From NCBI GenBank assembly GCA_964385605.1, contig CAYLPQ010000005.1:1-58057 (forward strand): 58,057 bases of DNA, read 5' to 3'. The DNA comes from an uncultured Oscillospiraceae bacterium (GTDB lineage: Bacteria > Bacillota > Clostridia > UMGS1883). Shown piece by piece: positions 30,779 through 40,694 of the stretch. The notes under the pieces were generated by a model, which worked only from the letters and a program-made list of their open reading frames with translations, was not told the origin of the DNA and did no database searches. Made by a program: the position numbers and the translations under genes. Numbering within the stretch: the stretch's first letter is position 1; each line of letters starts with the position of its first letter.

Positions 30779-32210
30779 AAGTAATACAAAAAAACAAGTT
30801 TTTTCGGGGCTGATGTGGCGGTTTTCCGAAAGAATACTGGCACAGCTTGTAACCTTTATAGTATCTGTTGTCCTAGCACGGCTTCTTGACCCGGCAAGTT
30901 ACGGTGCAATTGCCATTGTAAATATATTTATAGCACTCGCAAATGTTTTTGTAACAAGTGGATTCGGAAATTCACTTGTGCAGAAAAAAGATTCTGATGA
31001 TACGGATTTTTCTACGGTATTCTATTTTGGAATAGGTTCGGGAATTATATTATATCTGTGTGTTTTTTTTACAGCGCCTTTCATTGCTTCTTTTTATGAT
31101 ATGAAGATTCTTACCCCTGTTCTAAGGGTAATGGGTCTTAAGCTGATACTTGCCGGAGTAAACAGTGTTCAGCATGCTTATGTGTCAAAAAAAATGATAT
31201 TCAGAAAGTTTTTCTGGTCAGCTCTATTAGGTACTTTGACTAGTGCGATAGTAGGTATTACTATGGCATATATGGGCTTTGGAATATGGGCACTTGCAGG
31301 TCAGTATATGTTTAGATCTATTGTGGATACGGTTGTTTTGTGGTTTACGGTAAGGTGGAGACCGAAAAAACTTTTTTCATTCAGTAGGTTAAAGAGCTTA
31401 TTTTCATACGGCTGGAAAATTCTTGCTACTTCTTTGGTGCGCACAGGTTATAAAGAAGTCCGGGGAATAGTAATAGGAAAGATGTATACTGCTTCTGACC
31501 TTGCATACTACGATAAGGGAAAAAGCTTTCCGTCTCTGGTTACAACAAACATATATGTTGCCGTACAAAGTGTAGTATTTCCCGCAATGGCAAAGGTACA
31601 GGATGACCTTAAGCAGCTTAAGGCGATGACAAGAAGACTTGTGAGGCTTCACAGTTATATTGTCCTGCCTCTTCTACTTGGCTTGGCAATGGTTGCAGAA
31701 CCTGTAATACAGCTTTTGCTTACTGAAAAATGGATTTTTAGTGTTCCTTTCCTGCAAGCATTCTGTATCATATTATCTTTCGAACCTATTCAGACTGCTA
31801 ATCTTCAGGCAATTAAAGCGATTGGAAAAAGCGATATATATCTTAAACTTGAAATTATAAAAAAAACTATAGGCATTGTGGCTCTTATTGTAAGTGCAAG
31901 GTACGGAGTATGGGCTATTGCCCTAGGTGAAGTTGTTGTGGAATTCTTTGCGGCATTAGTAAATATTTATCCCAACAAAAAATATATTGATTACGGATAT
32001 ATGGAGCAGATACGGGATTTATTCAATGCAGCTATCCCACTGACATTAATGTGTATAGCAGTATTGTGTATGAATATGTTTAATGTAGGAACATTTACTG
32101 AACTGGTTATAAAGGTAGCGGTAGGTGCAGTAGCCTATGTGGGAAGCTCCGTTATTTTCAAAAATGACAGTTTTGTTTATATATGGAACTATATCACAAA
32201 GCGGAAATAA
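30771..32210 (+). CDS. wzx: Wzx-type flippase (MOP/PST family polysaccharide biosynthesis protein)
   Basis: 480 aa polytopic protein. The N-terminus (GLMWRFSERILAQLVTFIVSVVLARLL) is typical of the Polysacc_synt family. Start trimmed to the ATG at 30771, which has an AGGTGAG RBS. Confidence 0.85.
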   Translation: MSESNTKKQVFSGLMWRFSERILAQLVTFIVSVVLARLLDPASYGAIAIVNIFIALANVFVTSGFGNSLVQKKDSDDTDFSTVFYFGIGSGIILYLCVFFTAPFIASFYDMKILTPVLRVMGLKLILAGVNSVQHAYVSKKMIFRKFFWSALLGTLTSAIVGITMAYMGFGIWALAGQYMFRSIVDTVVLWFTVRWRPKKLFSFSRLKSLFSYGWKILATSLVRTGYKEVRGIVIGKMYTASDLAYYDKGKSFPSLVTTNIYVAVQSVVFPAMAKVQDDLKQLKAMTRRLVRLHSYIVLPLLLGLAMVAEPVIQLLLTEKWIFSVPFLQAFCIILSFEPIQTANLQAIKAIGKSDIYLKLEIIKKTIGIVALIVSARYGVWAIALGEVVVEFFAALVNIYPNKKYIDYGYMEQIRDLFNAAIPLTLMCIAVLCMNMFNVGTFTELVIKVAVGAVAYVGSSVIFKNDSFVYIWNYITKRK

Positions 32211-32226
32211 ATTGAGGTGAATTTAG

Positions 32227-33150
32227 TTGACAAAAGTATTGGTTTTAATGGGTGGTTTATCAACCGAAAGAGAAGTTTCGCTCCGCAGTGGCAATGCCGT
32301 GGCGAAAGCTCTTGAGGAAAAGGGTTATGAGGTTGCTGCCCTTGACATACAAAAGGAAACTATCGGCAAAATCCAGGAAATCAATCCCGATGTGGTATTT
32401 CTTGCTCTCCACGGAAAATACGGGGAAGACGGATGTATCCAGGGTATGCTTGAATGGATGGGCTATCCTTATACAGGCCCCGGTGTTGCATCCAGTGCAA
32501 TCTGTATGGACAAAATTCTCACAAAGAGGATTCTTGTAAATCACAATATACCTACTCCGAAGTTTATGGAATTTAAGTCCTTTGATAAGTGGACGAAAGA
32601 TGTAATTCTCAAAAATTTCTCTATGCCTGTTGTGCTTAAGGCGGCATGTCAGGGTTCAAGCATCGGTGTGAGCATTGTCGGAAGTGAAGCACAGCTTGAA
32701 AAAGAAATTGAGGAGATTTTGAAATATGGCGACAGCCTTCTTGTTGAAGAATTTATTGGCGGAACAGAGCTTACAGTTCCTATTATCGGAAATGAAAACT
32801 ACCGTGCACTTCCAATAATTGAAATCACCTCCGAAAACGAGTTTTACGATTTTGAGTCGAAGTATACACAGGGTATGTGTCAGCATATTATCCCTGCACG
32901 GATTGATGAAGCTACGTACAAAGCAGTTGAAAAAGCCGCACTTCAGGCATATGGAGCCGCAGGTTGTAAGGGCTTTTCGCGAGTAGACGTGATAATTGAT
33001 AAAAATAACAATCCTTATGTTATTGAAATAAACACTATCCCCGGAATGACGTCTATGAGTCTTTTTCCGGATTCAGCGCGCTATGCAGGAATTGAATTTC
33101 CCGAGCTTCTGGATGAAGTTGTAAAACTTGCATTGGAGAAAAAATTATGA
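32227..33150 (+). CDS. ddl: D-alanine--D-alanine ligase family ATP-grasp enzyme
   Basis: VLVLMGGLSTEREVSLRSG, LHGKYGEDGCIQGMLEWMGYPYTGPGV and EINTIPGMT are Ddl blocks. TTG start with a GAGGTGA RBS. Confidence 0.85.
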   Translation: MTKVLVLMGGLSTEREVSLRSGNAVAKALEEKGYEVAALDIQKETIGKIQEINPDVVFLALHGKYGEDGCIQGMLEWMGYPYTGPGVASSAICMDKILTKRILVNHNIPTPKFMEFKSFDKWTKDVILKNFSMPVVLKAACQGSSIGVSIVGSEAQLEKEIEEILKYGDSLLVEEFIGGTELTVPIIGNENYRALPIIEITSENEFYDFESKYTQGMCQHIIPARIDEATYKAVEKAALQAYGAAGCKGFSRVDVIIDKNNNPYVIEINTIPGMTSMSLFPDSARYAGIEFPELLDEVVKLALEKKL

Positions 33151-33665
33151 AAAAGATTATAATTATCGGTGCTGGTACTTTTTCAACAGTTGTTATTGAG
33201 TCCATTCTGGAAAATCCTTTTTATGAGGATTATGAAATAGAGGGTTTCCTTGATGATGGGAGCATCTGCGACGGAAATTTTGACTATCCTCTTTTGGGTA
33301 AAATTGACGATGCGGAAAAATTCAACGACAAAGATACTTACTTTGTGTTGGCGATAGGCTCACCTGATGCGAGAAGGTCTATTGCTGAAAAGCACCCCTA
33401 CCTTAACTATCTGACAGTTATCGATAAATCAGCTAATATAAGCAAATATGCAACCATCGGAAAAGGTTGCGTGATTATGAAAAACACATCAATCAACACT
33501 CTTGTAAGAGTAGACGATTTTGCAATAGTAAATACCGGCGCAATAGTTGACCATCATGTTAAGGTTGGTCGCTATACTCATGTGGGACAGGGTGTAGTTC
33601 TCTGGCACAGCGCACAGGTTGACGAGTGTCAGCATCTTTTCCCAGGAACAGTTATTAAGGGTTAG
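33147..33665 (+). CDS. NeuD/PglD-type sugar N-acetyltransferase (left-handed beta-helix)
   Basis: N-terminal Rossmann-like KKIIIIGAGTFSTVVIESI plus C-terminal hexapeptide repeats. ATGA overlap with ddl. Confidence 0.7.
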   Translation: MKKIIIIGAGTFSTVVIESILENPFYEDYEIEGFLDDGSICDGNFDYPLLGKIDDAEKFNDKDTYFVLAIGSPDARRSIAEKHPYLNYLTVIDKSANISKYATIGKGCVIMKNTSINTLVRVDDFAIVNTGAIVDHHVKVGRYTHVGQGVVLWHSAQVDECQHLFPGTVIKG

Positions 33666-33769
33666 GAGCAGGCTGTGCCTGTCCCCGGGTCGCGTACTTA
33701 CCTAGTAAAACATAATTCCACGCGTTTGAATTTTATATAATTTACCACATGGTAAAAAGGAGAAGAATT

Positions 33770-34990
33770 ATGACAACGCAGTTTGAAGAATTTCTGAATG
33801 TCCTTGGACATTCAGTGTTTGGATCTGAATATTGTCCCTCGGGAAAAGCCGATTGCACAGCTATATATAATATGGCAGTAAAGCAGGGGGTTTTTCCTCT
33901 TGTTTATCCGGTTGTTTCTGAAAAAATTCCGTCTTCCGATATGAAGTGGGAAATGCTCTTCCTGCAAACTGTTGCAATTAATGAGAAAAAACTGTATTGC
34001 CTCCAAAAAATAATTGAAAACTTTGACAAAGAGAATATAGAATACTGCGTTCTTAAAGGTGTCAGTGTAGCAAGTGTGTATTTTATGCCGGAATGTCGTG
34101 CTTCGGGAGATATAGATATTTATGTATATCCCGAAAGTGAAAGAAAAGCAACAAAAATCCTCGAAAATATGGGGATGAATATCGTACCCAGAGGTGCGGA
34201 GGGTCATCACTTTGAAGCGAGGGACAAAAACGGTGGACTTATTGAGGTTCATATTGCCTTGTATGATAAAATGCTCGGACACATCGTCTTTAAAAATAAG
34301 TTTTCAGTTACACAGCCATTCATAACTGTTGAGACAAAAGGCGGATTTACGGCAAACTCATTAGGTATCCTGGATAACCTCAATTTCCTTACGGCACATC
34401 TTATCAAGCATTTTGTCAAGGAGGGGTGCGGTATCCGCCAGGTTACAGACCTGCTTGCTTTTGTGAATACGTATAAAGATGAAATTGATATGGAAAAGTA
34501 TTTTTCAGTGCTGAAAGAAATTAAGTTTGACACATTTATCAAAAATATTTTTGGTATAGGGGTGAAGTACTTCGAACTTCAGCTCAACGATTATGAAACA
34601 GAGTTAAGCGACAAAATTCTTGAAGATATAGAAACAGGCGGAAGTTTTGGCTTTGGTGAAGAGGAACGAAACGGATTTTACGAAAGTTTCCTGAAAACTC
34701 GTTCAGAAATGTCTGCTGACGAATTTAACAAAAATCTCGATAAAAAACGTAAACAAAGCATTATAAAGAGTGTGCTTTTACCGGGTAAAGGTTTCCTGAT
34801 AAAAAAAGGATATAACTATCTCAAAAAATCTTCACTGCTTTATCCTGTTGCATATATTCACAGAATCTTTGACGTGTTAAAGCTTTTAATAAGCAGAAAA
34901 CGAAAAATATCGGATTTAAATTATAAAGAAAAATCAAACAGTACCATTGACGACAGAATGAAACTGATGGAAGAAATGAAAATTATATAA
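33770..34990 (+). CDS. Uncharacterised nucleotidyltransferase family protein (NTP_transf_5-like)
   Basis: CVLKGVSVASVYFMPECRASGDIDIYVYPE...GLIEVHIALY matches the pattern of the 'uncharacterised nucleotidyltransferase' family. Start trimmed to MTTQFEEF, which has an AAAGGAG RBS. Confidence 0.6.
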   Translation: MTTQFEEFLNVLGHSVFGSEYCPSGKADCTAIYNMAVKQGVFPLVYPVVSEKIPSSDMKWEMLFLQTVAINEKKLYCLQKIIENFDKENIEYCVLKGVSVASVYFMPECRASGDIDIYVYPESERKATKILENMGMNIVPRGAEGHHFEARDKNGGLIEVHIALYDKMLGHIVFKNKFSVTQPFITVETKGGFTANSLGILDNLNFLTAHLIKHFVKEGCGIRQVTDLLAFVNTYKDEIDMEKYFSVLKEIKFDTFIKNIFGIGVKYFELQLNDYETELSDKILEDIETGGSFGFGEEERNGFYESFLKTRSEMSADEFNKNLDKKRKQSIIKSVLLPGKGFLIKKGYNYLKKSSLLYPVAYIHRIFDVLKLLISRKRKISDLNYKEKSNSTIDDRMKLMEEMKII

Positions 34991-35007
34991 AAAAGGAAAA
35001 TGAAATT

Positions 35008-36141
35008 ATGTACAGTGAAAAGTTTTTTTGCCCATACCGCATATGTCCGCTCGGGGCCCACAGCGACCACCAGTACGGAATAGTAAGCGGTTTTGCCATT
35101 GATAAAGGCATAGAAATTGAATATGATAAAACTACTGACGGAAGTATCGTTCTTTCCAGTAATGAATTCTCAACACAGGTAGAGTTTTCTCTCAATAAAC
35201 CCATTTTGAAAAATGGTGACTGGGCAGACTATTTAAGAGGTGCTGCGGCATCCCTTAATCGCAACTATGATCTTCCCTACGGTGTGAAGGCACATATAAA
35301 AGGTAGTCTTCCTATTGGCGGACTTTCCTCGTCTGCGGCTGTAATTATTGCATTCCTCGGCACACTTTGCCGTGTAAATGGGATAGTTCTTTCAAAAGGT
35401 GAAATTGTTGATACTGCTCTTTGGGCAGAAAGAAATTTCGTGGGAGTAAGTGTAGGTAAGCTTGACCAGTCCTGTGAGGTTTATTCTAAAAAGGACCACC
35501 TCCTTAAAATTGACACCAAGGATGACTCTTACGAGCTTATTACGAAGCACAAGGACATGCCACCATTTGAATTTGTTGTATTTTTCAGCGGACTTGAAAG
35601 AAGTCTTGTAGGAAGTAAATTCAATATGCGTGTGGACGAGCTTAAGAGTGCCGCTTATGCGCTCAAGGCATTTTCAGGTATGGAATACGGCAAGTTTGAG
35701 GATGCTGTTCTCCGCGATGTTCCCAAGGAAGTTTTTGAGGAGTACAAGCACAAGCTTCCCGAAAACTGGAAAAAAAGAGCAGAGCATTTCTATACAGAAT
35801 TTGAACGTGTTAAGAATGGCGCGGAATTTTGGAGAAAGGGCGACCTTGCATCTTTCGGACAGCTTGTTTTCCAAAGTGGGGAAAGTAGCATCTACAACTT
35901 TGAGACAGGTTCTGTTCAGCTTAAGAAAATCCACGAAATTATGCTTGAAACCCCCGGAATTTACGGAGGACGTTTCAGTGGCGCGGGATTCAAGGGCTGT
36001 GCAATGGCTCTTATAAATCCTGAATACAAAGAAGAAATTGCATATAACGTTACAACGCAGTATCTTAAGGAATTCCCCGAACTTGAGGGTAAGTTCAGCG
36101 TGAATTTCTGTAATACTGCAGACGGAGTAAAGCTTAACTGA
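35008..36141 (+). CDS. GHMP-family sugar-1-kinase (galactokinase/galacturonokinase-like)
   Basis: N-terminal [15 protein letters not shown] (galactokinase-signature variant), GHMP motif [14 protein letters not shown] and C-terminal [12 protein letters not shown]. Confidence 0.8.
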   Translation: MYSEKFFCPYRICPLGAHSDHQYGIVSGFAIDKGIEIEYDKTTDGSIVLSSNEFSTQVEFSLNKPILKNGDWADYLRGAAASLNRNYDLPYGVKAHIKGSLPIGGLSSSAAVIIAFLGTLCRVNGIVLSKGEIVDTALWAERNFVGVSVGKLDQSCEVYSKKDHLLKIDTKDDSYELITKHKDMPPFEFVVFFSGLERSLVGSKFNMRVDELKSAAYALKAFSGMEYGKFEDAVLRDVPKEVFEEYKHKLPENWKKRAEHFYTEFERVKNGAEFWRKGDLASFGQLVFQSGESSIYNFETGSVQLKKIHEIMLETPGIYGGRFSGAGFKGCAMALINPEYKEEIAYNVTTQYLKEFPELEGKFSVNFCNTADGVKLN

Positions 36142-36157
36142 AAGGAAAGATGTTACA

Positions 36158-37342
36158 ATGAAGATTACAGTTGCAGGAACAGGATATGTAGGTATTTCAA
36201 ATGCGATTTTGCTTGCGCAGAATAATGAGGTGTGGGCGGTAGATATCGTTCCTGAAAAGGTGGATATGATAAATAACGGCAAATCCCCCATCGTAGACAA
36301 GGAAATCGAGGAGTATCTTAAAGAAAAGACTCTTAACCTTACTGCTACAACAGATGCACAAAAAGCATACAAGGATGCGGATTTTGTTATCGTGTCAACA
36401 CCCACAAACTATGACCCGAAGCTAAACTATTTTGATACGTCTTCGGTTGAAAGTGTAATTGAGCTTGTAATGGAAATAAATCCTTCGGCTGTTATTGTTA
36501 TAAAATCAACTGTACCCGTTGGATATACTGAAAAAGTAAGGGAAAAATATAACTGTGACAATATTATTTTCTCTCCTGAATTTTTAAGAGAGGGAAAAGC
36601 TCTTTACGATAATCTCTATCCTTCAAGAATTATTGTGGGATTTCCGAAAAACAATGAAGTTCTGGCAGAAAAAGCAAATGTTTTTGCATCTCTTCTTCAA
36701 GAGGGCGCAATCAAGGATGATATACCTGTACTTTTTACTAATCCTACCGAAGCGGAGGCGGTAAAGCTTTTTGCTAATACGTATCTTGCTCTTCGGGTAT
36801 CATTCTTTAACGAGCTTGATACATATGCAGAGGTAAGAGGGCTTGATACAAAGCAGATTATTGAAGGAGTAGGTCTCGACCCGAGAATTGGATCGCATTA
36901 CAATAACCCCTCTTTTGGATACGGGGGATACTGTCTGCCAAAGGATACAAAGCAGTTGCTTGCTAATTTCAACGATGTACCAAATAATATTATTCGTGCG
37001 ATTGTTGATGCAAACAGCACCAGAAAAGATTTTATAGCGGACAGAATTATAGAAAAGAATCCTAAAATAGTGGGAATATACCGTCTTACAATGAAAGCAA
37101 ATTCCGATAATTTCCGTCAAAGCTCTATACAGGGTGTAATGAAAAGAATTAAGGCAAAGGGCATAGAAGTTGTAGTTTATGAGCCTACACTCAAGGAGGA
37201 AAAATTCTTCAATTCGCGTGTTATAGAGAGTCTTGAGGATTTTAAGGGTATGTCTGACGTAATTATCGCAAACAGGTATAATGACGAGATTGCGGATGTT
37301 ATTGACAAGGTTTATACGAGAGATTTGTATTTCAGAGATTAA
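36158..37342 (+). CDS. ugd: UDP-glucose 6-dehydrogenase
   Basis: [20 protein letters not shown], the catalytic block [10 protein letters not shown], and length 394 aa. Confidence 0.95.
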   Translation: MKITVAGTGYVGISNAILLAQNNEVWAVDIVPEKVDMINNGKSPIVDKEIEEYLKEKTLNLTATTDAQKAYKDADFVIVSTPTNYDPKLNYFDTSSVESVIELVMEINPSAVIVIKSTVPVGYTEKVREKYNCDNIIFSPEFLREGKALYDNLYPSRIIVGFPKNNEVLAEKANVFASLLQEGAIKDDIPVLFTNPTEAEAVKLFANTYLALRVSFFNELDTYAEVRGLDTKQIIEGVGLDPRIGSHYNNPSFGYGGYCLPKDTKQLLANFNDVPNNIIRAIVDANSTRKDFIADRIIEKNPKIVGIYRLTMKANSDNFRQSSIQGVMKRIKAKGIEVVVYEPTLKEEKFFNSRVIESLEDFKGMSDVIIANRYNDEIADVIDKVYTRDLYFRD

Positions 37343-37354
37343 CAGGAGGCTGTT

Positions 37355-38362
37355 ATGGCAGATTTTAAAAAATATACAGGTAAAGAAAAAATTCTTATAA
37401 CAGGTAGCGCAGGATTTATAGGTTTCCATCTTTCAAAGAGAATTCTTGAAGAGGGTGGCGAGGTTGTTGGCTTTGATAATCTTAACGATTATTATGACGT
37501 CAACCTTAAATATGCCCGTCTTGAAATTCTTGAAAAGTATGAGAAGTTTACTTTTATAAAGGGAAACCTTGCAGATAAAGAAGCAGTTGACAATCTCTTT
37601 ATCACGTATAAGCCCGACGTTGTGGTAAACCTTGCGGCACAGGCAGGAGTAAGATATTCTATTGATAATCCCGGAAGCTATATCGAAAGTAACATCGTAG
37701 GATTTTACAACATTCTTGAAGCTTGCAGAAATTATCCTGTAGAGCATCTTTTGTATGCGTCAAGCTCATCTGTTTATGGCAATCAGAAAAAGACTCCCTT
37801 TTCAACGGATGACAATGTCGACCATCCTATAAGCCTTTATGCTGCAACAAAAAAGTCAAACGAGCTTATGGCATTTACATATAGCCATCTTTATAATATT
37901 CCTGCAACGGGACTTCGTTTCTTTACAGTATACGGACCTTACGGCAGACCTGATATGGCATATTTTTCATTCACTAAAAAGATTATGAATGGCGAAGCTA
38001 TTAAGATTTTCAATAATGGAGATATGTACCGTGATTTTACTTATGTTGACGATATTGTTCAGGGGATTATGAATATGCTTCTTAATCCACCCAGGCCCGA
38101 TGAAAACGGAGACAGGGCAAAGGTTTACAATATCGGGAACAACAATCCCGAAAAGCTTATGTATTTTATTGAAACTCTTGAAAAAGCCATCGGCAGAGTA
38201 GCTGAAAAGGAATATCTTCCTATGCAACCCGGCGATGTATATCAGACTTATGCCGATGTAACGGAGCTTCAGAAGGATTTCGACTTTAAACCGTCTACAT
38301 CTATTGAGGACGGACTTAATAAATTTGCGAAATGGTATTTTGAATATTACGGAGAAAATTGA
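37355..38362 (+). CDS. NAD-dependent UDP-glucuronate 4-epimerase (SDR, Cap1J/WbnF-like)
   Basis: ILITGSAGFIGFHL, YAATKKSNE (YxxxK), and DNLNDYYDVNLKYARL typical of UDP-GlcA epimerases. Directly downstream of ugd. Confidence 0.85.
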   Translation: MADFKKYTGKEKILITGSAGFIGFHLSKRILEEGGEVVGFDNLNDYYDVNLKYARLEILEKYEKFTFIKGNLADKEAVDNLFITYKPDVVVNLAAQAGVRYSIDNPGSYIESNIVGFYNILEACRNYPVEHLLYASSSSVYGNQKKTPFSTDDNVDHPISLYAATKKSNELMAFTYSHLYNIPATGLRFFTVYGPYGRPDMAYFSFTKKIMNGEAIKIFNNGDMYRDFTYVDDIVQGIMNMLLNPPRPDENGDRAKVYNIGNNNPEKLMYFIETLEKAIGRVAEKEYLPMQPGDVYQTYADVTELQKDFDFKPSTSIEDGLNKFAKWYFEYYGEN

Positions 38363-40260
38363 TGAGTCTTTTAACACTGCAGAACGTGACAAAAAGCTTC
38401 GGTGAACGGGTGCTTTTTGAGAACGTGTCATTCAATATTGAGAATAATACGAAAATGGGCTTTATCGGCGCAAACGGAGTGGGTAAAACCACTCTTTTTC
38501 GCACTATTACGGGTGAAGAGGATTTTGAGGGGGATATTATAAAATCCTCCGACCTGAAAATTGGTGTGATGGAGCAGACACCGCCCTCATCGGAAAGCCT
38601 TACGGCATATGATTATACTCTGGAGGTTTTTTCAAGGTTTTTTGAAATTGAGAAAGAGATGGAGGTAATTCGCCTTGCCCTTGAAAAAGGCGAGGGGGAC
38701 CTGAACCGTCTTATTAACCGTCAGGAAGCTCTTAATACGGAATATATCCGAAATGACGGACTTACATTCCGCAGTCGCACAAGGAGTATGCTTATAGGTC
38801 TCGGTTTTCTTGAAAGTGAGCTTAATCTCCCCATGAATTCTCTTTCAGGCGGGCAGAAAACACGTCTTTCTCTGGCAAGAACTCTTCTTTCAGAAGCGAA
38901 TTTTCTGCTTCTTGATGAACCTACGAACCACCTTGATATTGATTCGGTGCGGTTTCTTGAAGATTTTCTTAAAAACTGCAACAAAGCCTTTATCGTAATA
39001 AGTCATGACAGATATTTTCTTGACAAAGTTACGAATACCACGATAGAGCTTGAAATGCGGAAAATTTCTCTCTATACAGGCTCTTACTCAATATTTCTTG
39101 AGAAAAAGGAGCAGGTAAGGAAAGCCTCTGAACGCAAGTATGAAAACACTATCGCGGAAATCAAACGTATTGAAGGTATAATCGAACAGCAGAAGCGATG
39201 GAATCGCGAACGCAATATAAGAACGGCGGAACATAAGCAGAAGAGCATTGACAGACTTTCGGAAACTCTGGAAAAACCGGAGGAAGATACCTCAAAAATC
39301 CGCTTTCGATTTACTGCAGAGCGAAAAAGCGGTAATGATGTTCTTTTTGTAAGAAATCTTGGTATGCGCTACGGAGAAAAAGCTCTTTTTGAAGATGTGA
39401 GTTTTGAAATTAAACGCGGAGAGAGAGTATTTCTTCTCGGCCCTAACGGATGCGGAAAATCCACATTATATAAAATGATTAAGGGAACAGTTCCTGCGCC
39501 CAAGGACAGTGTCGTATTCGGAACAAACGTTGACTGTGCTTACTACGACCAGGACAGAAGCGATATTTCGGGCGGAAAAGATGTGGAGTCACAGCTTTGG
39601 GACGTATACCCGAGAATGGACAGAACACAGGTGAGAAGTGCCCTTGCGGCATTTCTTTTCAAAGGTGACGATGTTTTTAAAGCTACCGATACTCTTTCGG
39701 GCGGTGAAAAAGCACGTTTGTCACTTCTTGAAATAATGCTTACAGGTGCAAACTTCCTGCTCCTTGACGAGCCTACAAACCATCTTGACATCCGCTCAAA
39801 GGAAGCTCTTGAAAATGCTATAGATAATTTTGAGGGGACAGTGTTTATCATCAGCCACGACCGTTATCTTATAAACAAAATGGCGGATAAAATCCTTGCA
39901 TTTGAAAACGGAACGGTTAATTGCTACAATATGAATTACGACGATTATATAAATAAAATCGTGGCAAACGCGGCTTCCGAATCGGCTCCCGAAAAACAGA
40001 AAAAAGAGCCTAATGATTATCAGAAGCAGAAACAGCTTCAGAGTGAAAAACGAAAGCTCGAAGGAAAAATCAAACGTCTGGAAGATGCCATTGCGCAGTG
40101 TGAGGCAGAAATTGAAGAAATTAACGATGCCATAAATAATGCAGGCAGTGACTTTGAGAAAATTGCTGAATTAAGTAAGTCTCTCCAGGAAAAAGAACAA
40201 CTTCAGGAAGAAATGATGACAGAATGGGAAGAGCTTAATACGGAGTTAGAAGCATTATGA
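38359..40260 (+). CDS. ABC-F family ATPase (translation-associated; no TM domain)
   Basis: Two ABC cassettes (GANGVGKTT/LSGGQKTR and GPNGCGKST/LSGGEKAR), an inter-domain linker and a C-terminal coiled coil. Confidence 0.9.
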   Translation: MMSLLTLQNVTKSFGERVLFENVSFNIENNTKMGFIGANGVGKTTLFRTITGEEDFEGDIIKSSDLKIGVMEQTPPSSESLTAYDYTLEVFSRFFEIEKEMEVIRLALEKGEGDLNRLINRQEALNTEYIRNDGLTFRSRTRSMLIGLGFLESELNLPMNSLSGGQKTRLSLARTLLSEANFLLLDEPTNHLDIDSVRFLEDFLKNCNKAFIVISHDRYFLDKVTNTTIELEMRKISLYTGSYSIFLEKKEQVRKASERKYENTIAEIKRIEGIIEQQKRWNRERNIRTAEHKQKSIDRLSETLEKPEEDTSKIRFRFTAERKSGNDVLFVRNLGMRYGEKALFEDVSFEIKRGERVFLLGPNGCGKSTLYKMIKGTVPAPKDSVVFGTNVDCAYYDQDRSDISGGKDVESQLWDVYPRMDRTQVRSALAAFLFKGDDVFKATDTLSGGEKARLSLLEIMLTGANFLLLDEPTNHLDIRSKEALENAIDNFEGTVFIISHDRYLINKMADKILAFENGTVNCYNMNYDDYINKIVANAASESAPEKQKKEPNDYQKQKQLQSEKRKLEGKIKRLEDAIAQCEAEIEEINDAINNAGSDFEKIAELSKSLQEKEQLQEEMMTEWEELNTELEAL

Positions 40261-40694
40261 AAATTTTTATAGATGCAGATGGTTGTCCCGTAGTGAATGA
40301 AACAATTTCTCTATGCGGTGAATTTGACAGGGAATGTATCATAATCTGTGACACAGCACATCAGATTGAGCGCGATGGTGCAACTACAATTACTGTGGAA
40401 AAAGGTGCTGACAGTGCCGATTTCCGTCTTGTAAATATGCTCTCAAAGGGCGACGTTGCGGTAACACAGGACTATGCTCTTGCCGCAATGGGGCTTTCAA
40501 GAGGAGCAAGAATAGTAAATCAGAACGGGCTTGAGTATACAGACAAAAATATCGACTCACTTCTGATGCAACGGTTTGTTGCAAAAAAAGTCAGAAATGC
40601 AGGCGGACGGCTTAAAGGGCCAAGTAAACGAACAAAAGAACAAACCGAAGCTTTTGTAAGAACACTTCGCAGAATACTGGAGGAATCAATATGA
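40257..40694 (+). CDS. YaiI/YqxD family protein (UPF0178)
   Basis: MKIFIDADGCPV start and about 145 aa are typical of the family. Confidence 0.8.
   Translation: MKIFIDADGCPVVNETISLCGEFDRECIIICDTAHQIERDGATTITVEKGADSADFRLVNMLSKGDVAVTQDYALAAMGLSRGARIVNQNGLEYTDKNIDSLLMQRFVAKKVRNAGGRLKGPSKRTKEQTEAFVRTLRRILEESI

Noticed and set aside
32227-33150. Vancomycin-resistance type D-Ala--D-Lac/D-Ser ligase
   Set aside because: No vanH, vanX, vanY or vanRS genes are nearby. The sequence blocks look like ordinary Ddl. This cannot be decided further without alignment of specificity residues.
35674-36405. 243-aa minus-strand ORF spanning the GHMP kinase/ugd junction
   Set aside because: It is antisense to two confidently assigned genes, with no family resemblance.
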